Shown piece after piece: positions 57,798 to 64,000 of a DNA stretch of 64,000 nucleotides (positions within the stretch are counted from its first letter, which is position 1; each line of letters opens with the position of its first letter). The position numbers and the translations under genes are program-made. The notes beneath the pieces are model-generated. The model did no database searches and was not told the origin of the DNA. It was given only the letters and a program-made list of their open reading frames with translations. The stretch spans positions 38,380,001 through 38,444,000 of the forward strand of contig CM097885.1 of NCBI GenBank assembly GCA_044892525.1. Direction: 5' to 3'. This DNA comes from Schmidtea polychroa. Lineage: Eukaryota.

Positions 57798-58544
57798 CTA
57801 ATATATATATATATACTTTTGAAATAATTTGAACAAATAAAATATTTTATTGAAATAGGACAATGGAAAACATAGAGGAGTATTAATGTCAACTGCACGA
57901 AACATAACCAAAATATTTTCTTTATCCCATCTCGGAATACCATCTTGTCAAAGAACGGATTACTATTGAAATTTCAGCATTTCTTTTCATCTTTGAGAAC
58001 TCAAATAACTTATCTAAAATCTCAGTATTTTTGATCAAGGAATTTCAAACAATGATTACGTGGCTCTAATTTTTCCAATTGTTTTAATTAATTATATTCT
58101 AAGATATTTTAATTATTTATATTTTAAATTTCTTTATTATAGATCTTCTTTTAATTATATTATAAAATAAAAATAATAAGAATAATAATAGTTTATTCTA
58201 ATATGATTTTTAATAAGATTTGTAATGGAAGACTAATTTTGAGCTTGTTTGGCTTTCATCGGTGTTATGCAAGGAACCAAATCCATCTATTTTTCGGCCG
58301 ATCTGGTTGTTGTGAGTTTGCTCGCTTCTGTGTACGCCATTTTTTGTATTTTTTGATTAACTTATTTGCGCCTGTGTGTGCATCCTTTACCTTTGGATTT
58401 ATTATTTTATTTCTGGATTTGAATTGTGAGTTATTGATTTTTTTAAATTATTATTTGTTTTCTGGAATTTCTGAGATTAGTTGGATTTTGCATAATATAA
58501 TTGTCTCTCTTGGATTGATTTTTAATATTTGAAATAAATTTAAT

Positions 58545-58870
58545 GGAAACAATGAATTTGAGGCATTTACATTTCAAAAAGAAATAGCCCAATTGTTGAG
58601 TTTTATTATCAATGCTTTCTATTCCAACAAAGAAATTCTTATGCGTGAATTAAAATCAAATTCTGGAAATGCTTTATACAAATATAGATACAAAAGCTTA
58701 GCAGATCTATCAGTCCTCAACATTGCAAAGAATTTAATGATTAAAATTATTACCGATAAAGATGCAGGGACTTTAACTATTGTCGATACTGGTATTGGTA
58801 TGACCAAAGCTGATTTGATTTGGGAACTAAAGCATTCATGAAAGCAGTTCAGGCTGTTGAAGATATATTT
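58545..58870 (+). pseudogene. HSP90: HSP90 N-terminal fragment with an internal deletion
   Basis: [35 protein letters not shown]...[17 protein letters not shown], loss of NNLGTIAKS with frameshift, then [11 protein letters not shown]. Confidence 0.92.
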
Positions 58871-58960
58871 AACAGAAACACATGTCGTGATTTGTGACCA
58901 CTCTACCACTTGTTCTTATTATCGAATTTTATCGAATGTATTTACAAAATAATAATATTG

Positions 58961-59057
<97 letters not shown>

Positions 59058-59061
59058 TAAC

Positions 59062-59092
<31 letters not shown>

Positions 59093-60592
59093 TTAATAAT
59101 AATAAATACTAATATTATGTTGTTAACAAGTTAATCCTTTAATGGCTTCACGTAAAAAATCTCCATTAATAATGTATAATTAAAAGGATAGCAACTAAAT
59201 CATTACGCATGTTTTTTCCCCAAATATTCATCGCTCTTCTTTGCTTATTTTTTTAAAAAAATAACTTGGTACAATTTATTATCCATGCAATACAATTTTT
59301 TATTTTGGATAAAAAAATTTTCAAAGAATTAATTCATTGTTTAAGATAAGATTTTTTTCATCTTTATTATTGCTAATTACATTTCTTTTATTAAACTTTC
59401 TGTAAATTCAATTCTGAAATCCGATCAGTTTATTAGACATCTTTTCTTGTTGCACTATGTCCTCGAGATTATTATAAGATTAATATTCATTGAAGCTATT
59501 ATTGGGAATCTTATTTATTTATTATTAATAATATGTATACTATCAATTCTTTGAAAATTTTAATTTATTTGTGTTATATTGAGAGCTATTTATTTTCACG
59601 GAAAAAAACAATTTCTAGTTCTTTTTTTATTCATTTATATCTTTATGTTATAGTAATAATATAACATACACTTTAATTAAAAAATTTTTAACATGTCCAA
59701 ATAATACTGTTAGAAGTTGTTAAAAACATATTCATTTATTTCAAAATAAGAAGTTATGTTTTATTAATCCAAAATATTTATTATAATCAAGATAATATAT
59801 CGTATGCAGTGATATATAAACAAAGTAAGATTTAACAAATTGTAGATTTAAACTAATTTAAATATACGTTTACTACCTATTGAAAACTTAAACACGACTA
59901 AACAAACTTTAACTAATAATATTTAAACTAATTCAATTTTCCTTTAAAATACTTTTTTAAAATAATTATTTTAATATCTATTTATATAAAATCTTTTAAT
60001 CTAAATTATTATTTAATTTGATTATTTTATATAATTTGATAATTATGTCCAAAAATTCTCACAAATACTAATAAAACATTTAAGAGCAACATTTAGTAAC
60101 TAAAATTTAATATTTTCCTACAGAATATCCAATTAACATTAATATACTTGTGTAATTAAGGATAAATATAATTCATGACTTTCACACATTTCTGGTGATC
60201 TCAGCTTCAATAAAATCTTTTAGATCTTGGAAATATTTTCATTTTAATTGCACCATAAGAACCTTAAGAAGTAAAAATCAAAATATAATTATTTTTAAAT
60301 TTTTTATTTTAATTTTTATTTTAAATTGAAAAGTGAAAACCTCTTATAAAAATTTATATTTGATTTCAAGTTTAAATTTTAGAAAATTTTTAAAATTTTT
60401 ATATTTGAACCAATCAGAAGGCAGAAAATAAATTTTAAAAAGAAGATCATAAAGCATTTCAAAATTGAAACTATATTCCAAGAAATTGACAAGCATTATT
60501 TCCTTTCATTCAATATATACTTTCATTTTCTTATTTAACTTTTGATTAATTCTGTTACCAAGAAATCATCAATTTATTTTAGCAATAAAAAC

Positions 60593-61030
<438 letters not shown>

Positions 61031-61034
61031 ATAC

Positions 61035-61069
<35 letters not shown>

Positions 61070-61909
61070 ATAATAATCATAATCATAATATCTACTTATT
61101 AAATGTACATTTTCAAATTCCAATTTTTCTACATATAAAGTAGCAATAATATTTATTGAAATAGAAATCATTGGTGCATGAAAAAAATTTAGTTTTCAAT
61201 GTAATTATTCATATAAAGAAGAGACTGATCCAATTTATGGAATTTACCAACCAGTTATTGAACCCTAAATAATTTTCTGCTCTAATGAATTAATATTTTT
61301 CCACATAAATATCGATATTTTAATAAAATATTCTAATTAATAAACTATTGAATTAATCCACGGATTAATTAACTCCGATTTTTGACTTACATAATTAAAA
61401 ATAAATTCTTATTTACTTCACTCAAGAATTTCCTACAGATGTCGAATGAAAATTTAATCATTTGAAATATAATTTGCAAATATCTTTGAATGTTTTCTCC
61501 ACGACAAAATCTGCGGTTCCAAAAATCTGAATTAAGAAATTTTTATTGTCAATGATCACTAATTCATCGAGACGCTCAAATATTTTTTGTTTTTGTTTTA
61601 CCTTTTATTTTTCTATTTGAAGTTGTTGAATTATATAAAAATATTTTGCAAAAATATATAATCAAAAATTAAATGTGACATTTGTGAATTAAAATTTCTC
61701 CAATAAATTTCCCAATTAATTTATATTGATAATTTAGAAATTTTTATTTATAAATAAATAAGTTTAATGATTTACCTTAGGAAATCACATATAACAACAA
61801 AATTTGATTTATTGTTTTACCGATTGGAGATATTGTACAATAAAAATAAAAGATGGATCAATGGACATACAAAAAAAATAAATAATATTAAGAAGTAAAA
61901 ATAATAAAT

Positions 61910-61984
<75 letters not shown>

Positions 61985-61997
61985 TTAATATTAATAA

Positions 61998-62061
<64 letters not shown>

Positions 62062-62074
62062 TTATTAAATAATA

Positions 62075-62131
<57 letters not shown>

Positions 62132-62904
62132 TTATTAAATAATAAATAATAATAAAAAATATGCTAATAAAAATTTACTAAAGGTTTATCAGTATATAAT
62201 ATTTATAAAATTACATGATATTTGAATCAAATTGTAATTATATATAATACATTTATACTATAAAGTGTATTTACAGTTAAACTTCATTTTTCACGTGGTG
62301 TACCGCCAAATTTGTAGATAACTGAAAGTGTTCCGCAAAAGAAAAAGGTAGATGATTACTACCATAGAAATAGAATGAAACAAAACCTTTTATTTCTGTG
62401 ATTAGGTAGATATCAGCTTTCTAACTCACTATGAATTACCGAGCTCCTTGGCGAAAAGCTTATAGTTATATTATTGTGCAAGCATTTTTTTGAATTTATG
62501 TTATTGATTTTTGAGTATAGAGTGCAAAGTGTACTTTCTAACTATAGTCAGAGACTCTTTTTTATTTACTGACTATGACAGTTGCACTAATAGTAGCAAT
62601 GTGCATCTTGGAAAGTGCTCATATTGATTTTACAGTGCAAAAATTTTAATTCTTGTGTTTTGGTTTTATCGCTCAACGATTGAGATTTTTGAGACCCAAA
62701 CTTAATCTAATGACAACTTTTCTCATTTCTTAGAGAATTAGGTGGCGGAAAATTTAATTATTTCAAGAAGTATTTTTTTAGAAGATGATTCTGTAAGTTT
62801 TTGATAATTTTCAAAATATAGAGAATTTTAATACATTTAACTTTGATGGCCACGACATTTATGAAATTTTATTGGAAATTTGTCAAAAACAAGAAAACAT
62901 TCAA

Positions 62905-62962
62905 GACTTGGGACCCCAGAAAACGAGGTCGTAAAACCGGGTGGTCGTAAAGAGAGGGTCTA

Positions 62963-62965
<3 letters not shown>
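62905..62965. mobile_element. pogo/Tigger-like terminus followed by (TA)n
   Basis: GGTCGTAAA repeated twice; end reads TA-CAGTAGACCCTCTCTTTACGACC on minus strand. Confidence 0.5.
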
Positions 62966-63002
<37 letters not shown>

Positions 63003-63014
63003 TCGAAACAACAA

Positions 63015-63150
63015 CAGCGAAGACGAATTTGCTTTGAACACGTCTCCATTATCATCCCCAATGAAGCCAAAAATTGTTCCATGTTCATAACTTGACTGAA
63101 TTCATCCAATTCTATACAAATTACAACCGCATTTTTTAAATCCTTACATA
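63015..63150 (-). mobile_element. Possible hAT transposase fragment
   Basis: KDLKNAVVICIELDEFSQVMNMEQFL resembles the hAT first-Asp motif F.LQLDESTDV.N.AQL. Confidence 0.4.
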
Positions 63151-63888
63151 GCTAGACAAATAGATTACTTGATACAATTTATATTCGCCTGGTTACGGTC
63201 CGAAACGAAACCCTACGGATTTGTAATGCAATCATTAAATTTTCTCATCTGGAAGGATTATTCTGCTTACAGTAAAAATAAATGAAATATAAAACTTTTA
63301 TTTTTATTGGGCTTTATAGGAAAACTCTCGGGTCAAGAACATTTTATTTACCTACCAATATACTCACTAGCATTTGGGTCTATCGCCTGGACCTATATGA
63401 ATTTATGAATTATATACTCACTAGTTGGGTCATAATTGATTTTTTGAGAAAAAAATTAAAATTTTTCGAAAATAGTTCTTGAAAAAAAATTAAAAAATAT
63501 TTTTTAGAAAATAATTTAAGGAAACTTTTCAGGAAAATATTTTGGAAAATAATTCTTGTAAAATCTTAGATTTGGAAAAAAATAGTTCTCGAGGAAATTA
63601 AAATTCTCAGACTTGTAGTCAGCGCAAATAAATGTATTTTTGTAAACCTTGTGAAAATAAATTTCATAATCACACAAACCGAATAATGAAAGAACTAATA
63701 TTCATAAAACAAAAAGTGGTGTGAATTTACAACAAGCAAGTTTTAAATTGCCAGAATTTCCTTGAAAAATAATATTCCAAAACCAAGAGAAGAACCAATT
63801 AACTGAGTTGACAAAGCAGCTTTGAAACATTATACAAAATTATACAAACGACAAAGAGAATGTTGCAAAAAAAACTAAAGTAGCTTGC

Positions 63889-64000
63889 CGTAAGTATAAT
63901 ATTACATATTTAAATATGGGATTTTCATGGGTCGGTAATGATACATCTCAAATTCCATTTTGTATTGTGTGTGATGAAAAACTTTCAAATGAGTCAATGG
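63889..64000 (+). mobile_element. hAT Buster/Charlie-type transposase N-terminus, runs off the window
   Basis: RKYNITYLNMGFSWVGNDTSQIPFCIVCDEKLSNESM. Confidence 0.8.

Overview
Very AT-rich, microsatellite-dense eukaryotic (invertebrate; composition and (AAT)n load are planarian-like, which is an inference) transposon-rich region with no intact host gene. Main content: (1) a young, nearly intact Ty3/Gypsy LTR retrotransposon with the CsRn1/Kabuki-type CHCC Gag motif (34208-40298; ~99% identical LTRs, 4-bp TSD ATGA, tRNA-Leu PBS, one frameshift in pol), plus two related solo LTRs nested one inside the other (47714-49100); (2) a 5'-truncated Penelope-like element (GIY-YIG) with a canonical minimal hammerhead ribozyme (HHR) in its 3' end, and three further Penelope 3' fragments; (3) two dispersed ~100-140 bp repeat families (A and B) that carry minimal type I hammerhead folds with a U3-A8 core (UUGAnAA instead of CUGAnGA), often as inverted pairs and next to (AAT)n; family A is physically linked to a Penelope ORF end; (4) two covarying hairpins shared by diverged LTRs; (5) two decayed N-terminal HSP90 fragments; (6) remnants of Chapaev3-like, MULE, hAT, BEL/Pao, piggyBac, Helitron and pogo-like elements. 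Most short ORFs in the track are microsatellite or antisense artefacts.
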